IMG/VR virus record: IMGVR_UViG_2841481002_000004
Coordinates: 61 to 64,060 of that record
Source of the DNA: a virus
Taxonomy: Duplodnaviria; Caudoviricetes
DNA: 64,000 bases
Strand: one strand, 5' to 3'
Position numbers and translations under genes: made by a program. Of this stretch, positions 18,702 to 28,359 are shown in pieces (position 1 is the stretch's first letter; every line of letters begins with the position of its first letter). The notes under the pieces are model-generated. The model worked only from the letters and a program-made list of their open reading frames with translations. It was not told the origin of the DNA and did no database searches.

Positions 18702-20615
18702 TCAGCCGTTGGTCGTTGACCCGGGTGTCGGGATCTGCATGCTTTCCTGATAGCTGGCCGATGCGCTGACGGTGGACCCTCCGCCCACAGTTGCGCCGAG
18801 AGAAATACCAGCCATCGCGCCGGCCGCCAACGTGGAAGCGGCCTGGCTTGCGGACTTCAGGGCTTCGAGCTGGATCGACGCCACGCGGATCATCTGCTCC
18901 ATGTCCGCGACATACTTCCGGATCTCCACTTCGTAGGCCGCGATCGAGGTCCGCATATTGGCCTCCTGGGCCTGCAGTTGCAGGCCGATCGCGGCACTCT
19001 CGGCGCCTACCTTGGCCGTGTACCGTGCCGTGTTGGCACGGTGCGCCTCGGCATTTGCCTGGATGGCGGCGCTCTGCTGCTGGATCAGCGTCTTGTCCTT
19101 GTCGAGGTTCGCCATGTACGCCTGCACGCGCAGCTGCGCCTGGGAAATCTCAGCCGCCTGGTTCTTGATGCTGATGTCGGCCTTCGCGGCTTGGCCCGAA
19201 ACGTACGCGCTGTAGGCGCGCGCCTGGGCGTCGATGAGGGAGGCCTTCGCGGTCTCACCCTTCACGCGGCTTTCGTAGGCGTCGAAGCGCACCTTGTCGG
19301 CCTGCAGCAGCTCGGCGTGCGCCTGCACCTCTGCCTTGAATATGTCCACGCGCGTGCGCTGCTGCTCGGATTCGAGCTGCGCGCCCTGCATCTGCGACTT
19401 GTAGATTTCCAGGTCCAGCTGAAGCGCCTGCACCTGGGCCTGGTAGGTGCGCACCCGTTGTTCGTTGACCTGGCCTTTTGCCAATTCACCGTCCAACTCG
19501 GCGCGGTACACCTGGATCCGCGCGAGTTGGGCGTCCAGGCGTGCGCGGAACACTGTGGCCTCTGTTGCATAGGCCGACTGCTTCGCGTTGAAGATGGCGA
19601 TCTGTGCGTTCAGCAGCGCCAGCTCGCTGTCCAGTTGAATCTTTGCGGCCTCGAAGGCCCGGCCCGCCACGGCGGACCAGATGCCCACAAGCACCTGTTC
19701 CGCGGCGATGGCCTGGGTGCAGGCGAACCGAACATTCTCGATCTGGGCATCCGTGACCTTGATGAGAACGTCCCGGCCCAGCGTCTGCTTGCGCAGCATT
19801 GCCTCGGACCGGATGGCGTCGATGCGGTTGATCATCATGCCCGGCGGCATGGTGAACCCACGCGAGGAGAACTCCGTTGCGGCAGCCGATATGTCCCGGC
19901 TCACGGCGATGTCTTCACGCGATGCGGCGCGCTCCCACAGGGCCTTTTCCACCGATGGAGGAAGCCCCGTGCCGCCGGCCCACATCTGGCGCAGCTGCGC
20001 CAACTCCTCCTCCAGAATGGTGACCTTGTAGGGCACCTCCCGCCACTGGAGCACAGTCGATACGTGGCTACCCTGGAACTCGGGCGACTGAGCCGTGAAT
20101 TCCGGCAGCGTCGGGAAATCGAAGTGCGGGATCACGATGTTGTCCAGCGATGGGAGCGGCGGCTTTTCCAGCCGCGGCGCTTCCGGCGGCACCACCTCAC
20201 GGATCGCTGGCGCCGTCGGCGCGGCTCCGTAGTCGCGCCAATCCGGTGCCTCGGGAATCTGGATGGCCGCGAACCCCGGGTTGAAACTTTCGACATCGAT
20301 CTGTTGCACGGGGGCGATTGCACCCACCCCAACGTCCGAGCGGCTCACGGGCGTCACGATACCGAAGCTATCGCGACCCAGATCCGGCAGCTCCAGATTG
20401 CCCGTTACGCTGGCCTGCAGATCCGGAACATCCGGAGCGCTGCCGGACATCAGCAGTGCTGGCGTGAACCTGCCCATTTCCTCGATCGTCTGCCGCGCCG
20501 CGTCCTGCGCCTTGACGGCCCGATCGATCGCACTGCCCTGCCGGTCCAGCACGGTGTCTCGAATCTGTTTCGCCGCGTCGTAGGCCTCGGCAAATGCCCC
20601 TGTTGCTTCTCCCAT
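18702..20615 (-). CDS. Internal virion/ejection protein (637 aa, long Ala/Gln coiled coil)
   Basis: ATG overlaps the upstream TGA (TGATG); helical C-terminal two thirds. Confidence 0.7.
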   Translation of the reverse strand: MGEATGAFAEAYDAAKQIRDTVLDRQGSAIDRAVKAQDAARQTIEEMGRFTPALLMSGSAPDVPDLQASVTGNLELPDLGRDSFGIVTPVSRSDVGVGAIAPVQQIDVESFNPGFAAIQIPEAPDWRDYGAAPTAPAIREVVPPEAPRLEKPPLPSLDNIVIPHFDFPTLPEFTAQSPEFQGSHVSTVLQWREVPYKVTILEEELAQLRQMWAGGTGLPPSVEKALWERAASREDIAVSRDISAAATEFSSRGFTMPPGMMINRIDAIRSEAMLRKQTLGRDVLIKVTDAQIENVRFACTQAIAAEQVLVGIWSAVAGRAFEAAKIQLDSELALLNAQIAIFNAKQSAYATEATVFRARLDAQLARIQVYRAELDGELAKGQVNEQRVRTYQAQVQALQLDLEIYKSQMQGAQLESEQQRTRVDIFKAEVQAHAELLQADKVRFDAYESRVKGETAKASLIDAQARAYSAYVSGQAAKADISIKNQAAEISQAQLRVQAYMANLDKDKTLIQQQSAAIQANAEAHRANTARYTAKVGAESAAIGLQLQAQEANMRTSIAAYEVEIRKYVADMEQMIRVASIQLEALKSASQAASTLAAGAMAGISLGATVGGGSTVSASASYQESMQIPTPGSTTNG

Positions 20616-22594
20616 CACAATCTCCTTTTGCTTTCGGCCAACTCGGCCTCGATGCTCGATACCCGGAAGCCGGCGCCGCCTACATTCGCGATGCCGATCC
20701 GCCAGTAGCGGGAATTCAGCCCCTTGCCTGGGACTACCCTGTTGTTGCGCGGCTGGGCCGCGGTGCGCGGCTGCATGGCGTAGGTGAATGGGCCATATCC
20801 CTGGCCGTAGGTCTCGACGGTCGCATTCAGCAGGCCATCCGCCGCGTAGCCGTACCAGAGGCCGACAACTCGCTTTTTGCCTGTGCCGCTGTTCTTGGGT
20901 GCGCCGCTGTCGCTGTAGCCACTGAAGTCGTTGAAGCCGTACTGCACGCGTGCCGGTATGGATTCCTGGCTGTCCAGGCTGCCACCGACAACCGCGAGCC
21001 CTTCCGGGCCCACGGCGAACACCTTGCCGTCCACCACGGCCATGCCGGTGAAAGACCAGCCGTCGTACCAGCTCACCCCGCCCGTCTCGGTATTCATCAC
21101 CCACGCGATCAGCCCGCGATCGATCATCAGCAGCTCGTCCGCTCCGGCGCTGCCGTCCGAAACCTGTATCTGCGAGATGGAGTGAACCTGAACCTCGCCC
21201 GAGCACGTTCCAATGTCCTCAGCATCTGCGGTTGTCGTCTGCGCGGAGACGTCAACGGCATCGTCGCCCAGGCCCACATCCTCCAGCGCCATGGTTGGCT
21301 CTGCCGCGTACGCCTCGTCGTCCCCGGCGCCGACACCTTCGGCCACCTCCGACAGGTACAGCAGCGCGGCATCCACTCCCTGCGCCGGCTCCTCCAGCAC
21401 CATGGTGGAGCGAACTGCCAGCGCAGCGCCATCGATGCCGTCAGAGCCGTCTTCAAGAAGCAGCCATGGGTCACGGGTAGCGGCGTCGTCGGCGCCTGTG
21501 CCCGCCTCCTCCACCAGAAACTGCAGCCCGTGGGTCAGCAAGTCCGCTCCGAAGCCAGTCTCCGAGACAAGCACCTCGTCGGATACCGATGGTGTCGCCG
21601 CGTCCACCGCGGCAATCCGTTCTTCCACGAGGATGTAGCTGGCATCCGAGATCGCGTCGGAGCCAAGGCCGATGTCTTCGATGTCGGCGTAGTAGGAAGC
21701 CCCACCGAACGCGGGCAACGTGACGCGAAACGCCGGGAGTTCCAACGTTTCGCCTTCTGCGGCCACCAGCGGCGCCGGAAATGCGATCACGACTTCGTTG
21801 TGCTCGTCCTGCGATGCATTGACCACCATGGGCAGCATCGAAACGTCCACAGAAGCGGGGACCTCTTCGCCGCCCGCGGCATAGACCGCCATCGGAGGGA
21901 AGCTGACCTCGGTGCCTTCCACGGAAGTTCCTTGGGCGGCAAAGACCGTCATCGGCTCCAGGGACACCAACGCCGAGGCGTAATCGACCTGGCTCGCCGA
22001 GATGGCCATGGGCTGGAACTGCAGCAGCACCGGCTCTGCGTCCGGAGGTCCCAGCCGCACGGTCATGCGTTCGAAGGAAACGCGCGCTTCGGCGTGCTGT
22101 TCCTGAGACGCCTTGACCAGCATGGGGGGCATCGCGACATACGCGGCGCCGCCGCTTTCGATCCGGTGCAGTTCTGCGTCGCCGATGCTGTCCGCTCCGC
22201 CCAGCAATGAAGCGTCCAGGAACACGCCGTAGAGGCTGGGAGCCGAGCTGGCGTAGATGAGGGTGCCAGGCAGTGCGAACGGCAGACCATCCATGCGGGT
22301 TTCGCCATTCCCCCTGCAATAGAACACCTCGCCACCAGCCCTCACGATGTAGAAGGTCTCATCGGAGGTATAGCCCGTCCATGCCGTGCGGGCGATGCCG
22401 GATTCGAGCACCCGCACCCGACCAGAGCTGAACGACAGGGCGTGCAGGATCTCGTCGGGATCGGCAGACCTGTCGGCGTTGTTGAGGCCAGCTACAACCC
22501 CTGCAACGCCACCAGGAACGCGGAAGCTGAACCAGCCGTTACCGGCGAGGCCCAGGATACTGCGCGCCCCCGAAATCCACGTGAGAGATGCCAT
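20615..22594 (-). CDS. Virion structural protein with acidic ~19-aa repeats
   Basis: Repeated (E/D)-x-G-x-G-x-D units; position among tail genes. Confidence 0.7.
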   Translation of the reverse strand: MASLTWISGARSILGLAGNGWFSFRVPGGVAGVVAGLNNADRSADPDEILHALSFSSGRVRVLESGIARTAWTGYTSDETFYIVRAGGEVFYCRGNGETRMDGLPFALPGTLIYASSAPSLYGVFLDASLLGGADSIGDAELHRIESGGAAYVAMPPMLVKASQEQHAEARVSFERMTVRLGPPDAEPVLLQFQPMAISASQVDYASALVSLEPMTVFAAQGTSVEGTEVSFPPMAVYAAGGEEVPASVDVSMLPMVVNASQDEHNEVVIAFPAPLVAAEGETLELPAFRVTLPAFGGASYYADIEDIGLGSDAISDASYILVEERIAAVDAATPSVSDEVLVSETGFGADLLTHGLQFLVEEAGTGADDAATRDPWLLLEDGSDGIDGAALAVRSTMVLEEPAQGVDAALLYLSEVAEGVGAGDDEAYAAEPTMALEDVGLGDDAVDVSAQTTTADAEDIGTCSGEVQVHSISQIQVSDGSAGADELLMIDRGLIAWVMNTETGGVSWYDGWSFTGMAVVDGKVFAVGPEGLAVVGGSLDSQESIPARVQYGFNDFSGYSDSGAPKNSGTGKKRVVGLWYGYAADGLLNATVETYGQGYGPFTYAMQPRTAAQPRNNRVVPGKGLNSRYWRIGIANVGGAGFRVSSIEAELAESKRRL

Positions 22595-22603
22595 ATCGCT
22601 ACT

Positions 22604-22903
22604 TCAGGGTTCGGAAGTTGATGAAGGTCGTAGCCAGAGGATTGAGTTGCCACTGCCCACGCATGTCGCAAGACAGCGAATGCACCACGCCGAGGTCCCC
22701 GAGAGCCGCTGAATCGAAATCCGCGTCTGTCCCGGACGGCACACCGCCCCCGCAGGCAGCGTCGTCACCGGGGCTGTGGGCTTCGGCGACGGCGGCGCAG
22801 GTATCGGCGAAGGCGGGTAAACCAACGGCGTGGGCGGCTTCGGAGGTTGAGCCGGAGGTGGAGGCGCAGGCGGAGGTGGCGCTGCGCGGATCAGCTTGCT
22901 CAT
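22604..22903 (-). CDS. Proline-rich small protein (C-terminal frame uncertain)
   Basis: ATGA-coupled start MSKLIRAAPPPPAPPPP; fills the gap between two structural genes. Confidence 0.5.
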   Translation of the reverse strand: MSKLIRAAPPPPAPPPPAQPPKPPTPLVYPPSPIPAPPSPKPTAPVTTLPAGAVCRPGQTRISIQRLSGTSAWCIRCLATCVGSGNSILWLRPSSTSEP

Positions 22904-23340
22904 TGCAGCGTCGGCAGAGCCACCGCGAAATAGTTGAGCGTCCACGGCTGCCCGGCGGTGAACAGCGTGTTCGACACGTTCATGTCTGCATTGAGGGCCG
23001 CGATCGTTCCCTGCAGCCGGGGAGTGGTGGTGCTGGCAGAGCCATCGTCCGAAGCAGGCGCGAGCCGGAAATAGGTAGCGGACCCGGTGGTAGGAATCGA
23101 GTTGGTCTTCCACACCTGGGCGGTGTCCTTCGAAAGGATGCCGCCAGCGGCCGTGCCGAAGTTCAGGCCGCCGGAGCCGCCGTTGTCGGTGAGTGTCGCG
23201 AGCAACGTTCCGGCTACGGCCGCGTCCGCGTCAGCAGGAACAGCGCCGCCGTAGATCTTGAGCACGGCGCCTTGCAGGGCTTCCTTGAAGCCAGTGGATT
23301 CCAGCATGCCATTGCGCAAACCGGTGGAGAACTTTGCCAT
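22900..23340 (-). CDS. Virion structural protein (paralog of 23351-23803)
   Basis: MAKFSTGLRN...LKIYGGAVPADAD...GSATYFRL...RLQGTI; GGAG RBS. Confidence 0.75.
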   Translation of the reverse strand: MAKFSTGLRNGMLESTGFKEALQGAVLKIYGGAVPADADAAVAGTLLATLTDNGGSGGLNFGTAAGGILSKDTAQVWKTNSIPTTGSATYFRLAPASDDGSASTTTPRLQGTIAALNADMNVSNTLFTAGQPWTLNYFAVALPTLQ

Positions 23341-23350
23341 TTGAGGCTCC

Positions 23351-23803
23351 TTATTCAGCGGGAAGAACGAGGTTGAAAAGCGCCACGGCCCGATTGGTGT
23401 CCGTGGTGATGGTGTCCATGCCGAGCAGCAGGCTTTCGCCTACTGCGCCGTCCATGCGCGGGAAATAGTCGGAGAAGGTGTCGGGATCGCGTTCCGCGCC
23501 ACCCACGAAACGCCACCAGCCCGGGGTGCCATTGGCTGCGCCACGGACGACCCAGTTGCCGGCCTTGACCAGGGCACCCGGGTCATCGCCACCGGCGACC
23601 CCCAGCCCGCCGGTGGGAGTGCCAGGCACGGGCGTGACGCCATCGGCGCTCACGATCGCCAGAAGCACACCGGGCGGGGCCTCGTCGGCCGTGCGAGGTT
23701 GAGAGCCGCTGTAGATGCGGATGTGCCCGTACTGCAGCATCGACCCCAACCCGTAGTTGGTGACAATGGCACGGCGCAGGCCCGAGCTGAGTCGAATGGT
23801 CAT
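23351..23803 (-). CDS. Virion structural protein (paralog of 22900-23340)
   Basis: MTIRLSSGLRR...IRIYSGSQPRTAD...GTPGWWRF...RMDGAV. Confidence 0.75.
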   Translation of the reverse strand: MTIRLSSGLRRAIVTNYGLGSMLQYGHIRIYSGSQPRTADEAPPGVLLAIVSADGVTPVPGTPTGGLGVAGGDDPGALVKAGNWVVRGAANGTPGWWRFVGGAERDPDTFSDYFPRMDGAVGESLLLGMDTITTDTNRAVALFNLVLPAE

Positions 23804-26547
23804 AGCACTCCGATGGGTAGGATGTTTTGAGCGAGATCCGGAATGCCCGTGATCTGCTCCAGGGGCAGCGAAGAGTGGCGGATGAACTCGTCATCGCCGT
23901 ACCAGGCGGTGCCGTAGTCCGGCCCCACCCGAATGGTGTTGCTCACCTTCCCGGCATAGACGAATTCGTCCCGGTGAAACGCCGCCAGGAAATCGATGGA
24001 CGTCTGTATGCCGAGCGACGTGGGAACGCCATGCGACACGCTCGTGCCGACTTGGCTGTGGCGCTGGCTGAACGTGGCCCCGTGCATCTGGACGTCCGCG
24101 CTATAGGCGCACATCGCGACGAGGCTCGCCTTGTGGGTCACGGCCGCTACCGCGGTCTCTCCCGCGGGGTTCACCCGAATGCGGCGGGTTCCGTCAGCGG
24201 AGCGGAGCACCGCCATGGGCAGGAAGCTGGTGAAGCCCACGCCTATGTTCGTGTTCGTCCAGCCCTGGGAGGCGCGGTCGGCGGCCTCCTCGTCCCCCGT
24301 TGGAAAAAGCACGTTCGCTTTGGACTTCACGGTCTGGCCTTGGATCACGATGGACATGCTGCACGTGCGGGGATTGAGGCCGCCGACGTCGTAGCCGGTG
24401 CCCTGCATCCCGTATCGCATCAGGGCCGTCCGATCCGGGCGCAAAATGTCCAGGTACAGAAGGTGGCAGAAGTAGCCAGACACCGTGAAACCCTCATCCG
24501 TGTCGGTGCTGGTGACGGGCAGTCGCGTCCCGTCCGGGAACACGAGGGTGCTGCGCAGGCGGGTTCGTTCGTAATAGGTCGCCGGCCCGACGGTGGTCCC
24601 GGCGCCGGGCTCATCCTGGAACAGCTCCGAATCCACCTCCACGGAGGCGTACACGATGGACTCGCCCTGGTAGTCGGCGAAAAGCCGGTAGGCACCACGG
24701 CAGGCCCTTCGCATCCAGGTACTGCCCCAATTGACCGTCACGTCCAGGCTCTGCTGCAGCACCTCAGAAAACATGCCGCTCTGCCACTCCACGAAGTGCA
24801 GCACCTCTCCCCAGACCCGCTCAGCGTCCGTCGTTGCCGTCGTAACCGGGTCGCCAACACCTCCATCGGCGGCGTAGGTGCCGAAGCGGGACTCGGAGAT
24901 GATCTGGTCTTCTGAAACGGCCTCGGTGTACGAGAAAACCATCCGCGCACCCGATTCGGAGAACTTGGGGTACGACACCTGGCCCAGGTTGTCGGGTAGG
25001 CGGAAGCGCCCCAGTTCCTCCCGCGTCGCGTAGAAGTCGTGGGCCAGCCCCTGATAGATCGCGATGAACTGTGGACCCTCTGCTGCCTTCTGCCGGGCGA
25101 GACCCGCGACCCTGAGCATGCGCCGGCCGCTCGCTGTGTGGAACCGGGCCGCGAGGGGGGTGAACAGTTCGGCCACGTTGTCGTGGACCTCGATCGCGCG
25201 GCCCTTGAACCGCACTCGCGCCATGCCGCTGGCGATATGCAGATCAATCGTCGGGATGAGGTAGCCGTGGCCCTGGGTGTAGAAAACCGACTCGATCCCC
25301 ACTCGCTCATCCTCCAGCCCCTCCTGCCCCGGCACGGAAGGAAGAACGAAGTTCTCCATGCCCATGAAGATTTGCGAGGCCTCGGAACCAACCACTGGCG
25401 GGACGAAGTCCTGAAACTCACTGTCGAGCGAGTAAGGGGGCACCTGGCGTTTCTCGATGCCCACGCCAGCGTTGTTGCGCGTAGCGCTGTCGAGCGTGGG
25501 CCACATCTCATCCGCCGCCCAGTCCCGAACCATGTTGGCGTAGTGGGCCGGGGAGCCGCGCCACCACTCCACGGCTTCCGCACCGAAGCGAGCGGATTGC
25601 ACGTCGGTGGCCGTGGTCAGAAAGATGTTCTCGCCGGCCGACGATGTCGGCGTGAGGATTCCGACAGATCCACGCAGCGCGGCCCGGGTCGCGTATCGGT
25701 GCTCCGCGAAGCTCAAGTGCCCGTCCCTGAAGCTCCGGCTGTCGTGACCCAGCACCTTGGCCGTCTTGTTCAGGTACAGCACCAGCTCGGACAGCATGCC
25801 TTCATAGCCGCGCAAGGGCGGATGCACCTCGCCGCGGCCAGCAGCTGCGCGGATGAGGTTGGTTTCCTCGCGAATCGACTTGTGGACGTCCAGCTCGGCG
25901 CGCGCCGCGCTGGTGGGGCGGTGGCAATACCACGTGGCGGTTTCGGCCTCCCTGTAATTGCGCTGCCAGCGGGCGCGGAACTGAGGCTTCACGCGGCCAT
26001 CCACGCGCGCCCCGATCACGAAGTCGCCGGCATCCCGTGCTTCCCAATCCATGTAGAAAAGCGGCGCCGCGCAGTAGTTGCGCTGCAACGTGCTCACCTT
26101 GCCGCCAGCGGCGCGAAGTACGGCATCCGGGTACTGGTTGTCCTTGAAACGGTTGATGATGACCTGCCGCAGCGGGCCCAGGGGCGTTCCCAAGCCATCC
26201 GACGTGTTGGGCATACCGTAGCCCAACGGCGCGGCGGGCGAGCGCGGAGTGATGACGAACCCCTCAGGGAACCACACGAGGCGCGAGACGGTGCCGCCCG
26301 GCTCCTCCGGCTGCACCTCCTGCCGTTCCGCGTGCATCGTCACTCGCTCCACGGGGCCGGCAAGCTGCGCCGTAATCACGGAACCGTCTTCCAGCTCACG
26401 CCGCATGCCCAGCACCGGCACGCCCGACGCACCTGCGAGCAGCTTGGCCTGGAACATCAGGCGGCGCGCCTCGGCATCGAGCAACTGGGGATCGCCGTTG
26501 CCAGAGGAGGCGCGCCCCGGAGCCGTGAACGGAAGCCGGTCGGTCAT
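23800..26547 (-). CDS. Large tail-associated protein with CAP/SCP-like domain (915 aa)
   Basis: TNLIRAAAGRG...GHDS...GENI...WWRGSPAHYANM. Confidence 0.65.
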   Translation of the reverse strand: MTDRLPFTAPGRASSGNGDPQLLDAEARRLMFQAKLLAGASGVPVLGMRRELEDGSVITAQLAGPVERVTMHAERQEVQPEEPGGTVSRLVWFPEGFVITPRSPAAPLGYGMPNTSDGLGTPLGPLRQVIINRFKDNQYPDAVLRAAGGKVSTLQRNYCAAPLFYMDWEARDAGDFVIGARVDGRVKPQFRARWQRNYREAETATWYCHRPTSAARAELDVHKSIREETNLIRAAAGRGEVHPPLRGYEGMLSELVLYLNKTAKVLGHDSRSFRDGHLSFAEHRYATRAALRGSVGILTPTSSAGENIFLTTATDVQSARFGAEAVEWWRGSPAHYANMVRDWAADEMWPTLDSATRNNAGVGIEKRQVPPYSLDSEFQDFVPPVVGSEASQIFMGMENFVLPSVPGQEGLEDERVGIESVFYTQGHGYLIPTIDLHIASGMARVRFKGRAIEVHDNVAELFTPLAARFHTASGRRMLRVAGLARQKAAEGPQFIAIYQGLAHDFYATREELGRFRLPDNLGQVSYPKFSESGARMVFSYTEAVSEDQIISESRFGTYAADGGVGDPVTTATTDAERVWGEVLHFVEWQSGMFSEVLQQSLDVTVNWGSTWMRRACRGAYRLFADYQGESIVYASVEVDSELFQDEPGAGTTVGPATYYERTRLRSTLVFPDGTRLPVTSTDTDEGFTVSGYFCHLLYLDILRPDRTALMRYGMQGTGYDVGGLNPRTCSMSIVIQGQTVKSKANVLFPTGDEEAADRASQGWTNTNIGVGFTSFLPMAVLRSADGTRRIRVNPAGETAVAAVTHKASLVAMCAYSADVQMHGATFSQRHSQVGTSVSHGVPTSLGIQTSIDFLAAFHRDEFVYAGKVSNTIRVGPDYGTAWYGDDEFIRHSSLPLEQITGIPDLAQNILPIGVL

Positions 26548-26548
26548 T

Positions 26549-27136
26549 TCAGGCGGCCAGGGGCTGCAGCCGGATGCGGTAGCCGATTTCTACCTTGTCG
26601 CCATCGAAGTACACGCGGTCCTTGGAGAACCGCGCGACCGACACCAGCGTCCCCGAAGTGCTGCCCTTGATGGATTCCGACAGGAGAGCCGCGCCGCGCA
26701 CCGTCAGCGAGGTGGCGGTGGCCACCGTGAAAACCGCCTTGTTTGCGACGGCGTCGATCACGCCATTCGCTGCGGCGCCGGGCACCCACAGTTGGCGCAG
26801 GCCCTCGGAGTAGCCTTCCGTATTGCTGGTTATTTCGGTAGCCGCTGCCGAGAACGTGGAAGCCGTAACCGCGTCGGTCGGCGTGTACGCGCCAGAGAAG
26901 AGCGCGATGTAGAACTGCGGGTGGACCGTGCCGCCCGCCAGCGCCGCGGACAGCAGGTAGTTGAACCCCTGGGTCGGGATCCGGTTGCGCTCGACTTCGG
27001 CCGGGCCGCCGTTCACGGCGATGGTGTACTCGCCGCAGGCCTTGACGCCCAGATCCTGGGCCAGCAACAGCCCCTCTTCCGTCTCTTCGAAGCGCTGGCG
27101 ATCCAGCGCGCGTGCGATTGCGTGTTTGTTCAACAT
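26549..27136 (-). CDS. Virion structural protein
   Basis: NRIPTQGFNYLLSAAL...FYIALFSGAYTPT motif typical of phage tail-base proteins. Confidence 0.7.
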   Translation of the reverse strand: MLNKHAIARALDRQRFEETEEGLLLAQDLGVKACGEYTIAVNGGPAEVERNRIPTQGFNYLLSAALAGGTVHPQFYIALFSGAYTPTDAVTASTFSAAATEITSNTEGYSEGLRQLWVPGAAANGVIDAVANKAVFTVATATSLTVRGAALLSESIKGSTSGTLVSVARFSKDRVYFDGDKVEIGYRIRLQPLAA

Positions 27137-28359
27137 GGGTATCCCTCGGTGGTGGAGTCAAGAGCCACGCCGACGATCGGCGAAGGCGAGGAAGCCGTGA
27201 GCGTGACAACCTGACGGATGCCACCGCGCAGCAGCAGAACGGATCGCCCGGCGATGTCGGGCGAGAGCCTGATGCGGCCAGGCTGCAGCGGTCGGGTAGC
27301 CCCGCCCGGTGCCCCGGTGAAGTACCCGTCCTCGCTCAGCCATACGGCTTGAGCGCCCTGCCCATCGCCCGCCAGGTGATCGGCGGGCACGAGAAGAGAG
27401 GAGCCGTGGACGACCTTGGCCGAGGAGGCGAGCGACTGCGTCCAGGCGGACGGATCCGAACCGCCCAGCCACCACACCCCGCGGTTGTCTCCGACGTAGG
27501 CGCCGCCTTCGACCAGTTCAACGAAGCGAATGCGGCCAACGAAGCGGACGAAGCCCCGGCGCGGAGCGATGAGATGCGGCCGTAGCGGCTCCGAGAACCA
27601 GAGGGTGTCGCCAGAGGCCACGTAGAGCCGACCCGCGTAGGCTCGTACCAGGTGCCCGCTCGGGAAGGGTGCCAAGTCCAGGGTATCGCAAGGGGCGCCG
27701 CCCGGATAGACGGTGAGCGCATAGTCAGCGGACAGGGCCTCGAATTCCTCGGCCAGGTAAAGCACATCGCCATCTGGAGGGGTCAAGTACGCCCTGTAGC
27801 GATACCCGGGTGCCACCGTCAAACCGGTGAGCCTGATCCCTGCCGAGGTATCGACCTGGCCGACGATGCACGCCGCGGATTCCTCGCCATCGCCATCCAC
27901 TATCGAGATGGCCACCGCGTAGCGGCCCGGTGTCAAGGTTCCGGATTCCCGCGCTTGCACTTCCGGAAGCGCGTCCGGCAACCGGACGCCGGCCGGCGTC
28001 GCCAAGTCTTCACCAGGATCCAGCGCCAGCAGACCCTTGGCGCACACGACATAGAGCCGGCCGTTGTATTCGGTGAAGTCGACGGGACCAAGGCCGATCT
28101 GCGCGACCGTGAGGCTGGCGTAGGTACGGGTATCTACCTGCAGCAACGCGTCACCGCGGACCACCAACAGTTTCCCGCCGTAGGCATGGGCGTGGGTGAA
28201 GCCCGATCCGACGGCGACCGGCATGTAACCGTCGCGCCGCCTGAATTGCCCGCTGCGGTCGATGTCCACGTTGACCGCTTCGCGGACGGTTCCCGCCGGC
28301 ATCTCCACCTCATCGGAGAGCAGGTCAATACCGAGCACTGGAAGTGGAACGATGGCCAT
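27130..28359 (-). CDS. Tail/head stabilisation protein (P22 gp10-like position)
   Basis: GTVREAVNVDIDRSGQFRRRDGY; AYAGRLYVASGDTLWFSEP beta-propeller-like motifs. Confidence 0.65.
   Translation of the reverse strand: MAIVPLPVLGIDLLSDEVEMPAGTVREAVNVDIDRSGQFRRRDGYMPVAVGSGFTHAHAYGGKLLVVRGDALLQVDTRTYASLTVAQIGLGPVDFTEYNGRLYVVCAKGLLALDPGEDLATPAGVRLPDALPEVQARESGTLTPGRYAVAISIVDGDGEESAACIVGQVDTSAGIRLTGLTVAPGYRYRAYLTPPDGDVLYLAEEFEALSADYALTVYPGGAPCDTLDLAPFPSGHLVRAYAGRLYVASGDTLWFSEPLRPHLIAPRRGFVRFVGRIRFVELVEGGAYVGDNRGVWWLGGSDPSAWTQSLASSAKVVHGSSLLVPADHLAGDGQGAQAVWLSEDGYFTGAPGGATRPLQPGRIRLSPDIAGRSVLLLRGGIRQVVTLTASSPSPIVGVALDSTTEGYPC

Noticed and set aside
25039-26670. Long plus-strand ORFs opposite structural genes (also 18978-20708, 20594-22210, 35827-37851)
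   Set aside because: Antisense shadows without RBS or family motifs
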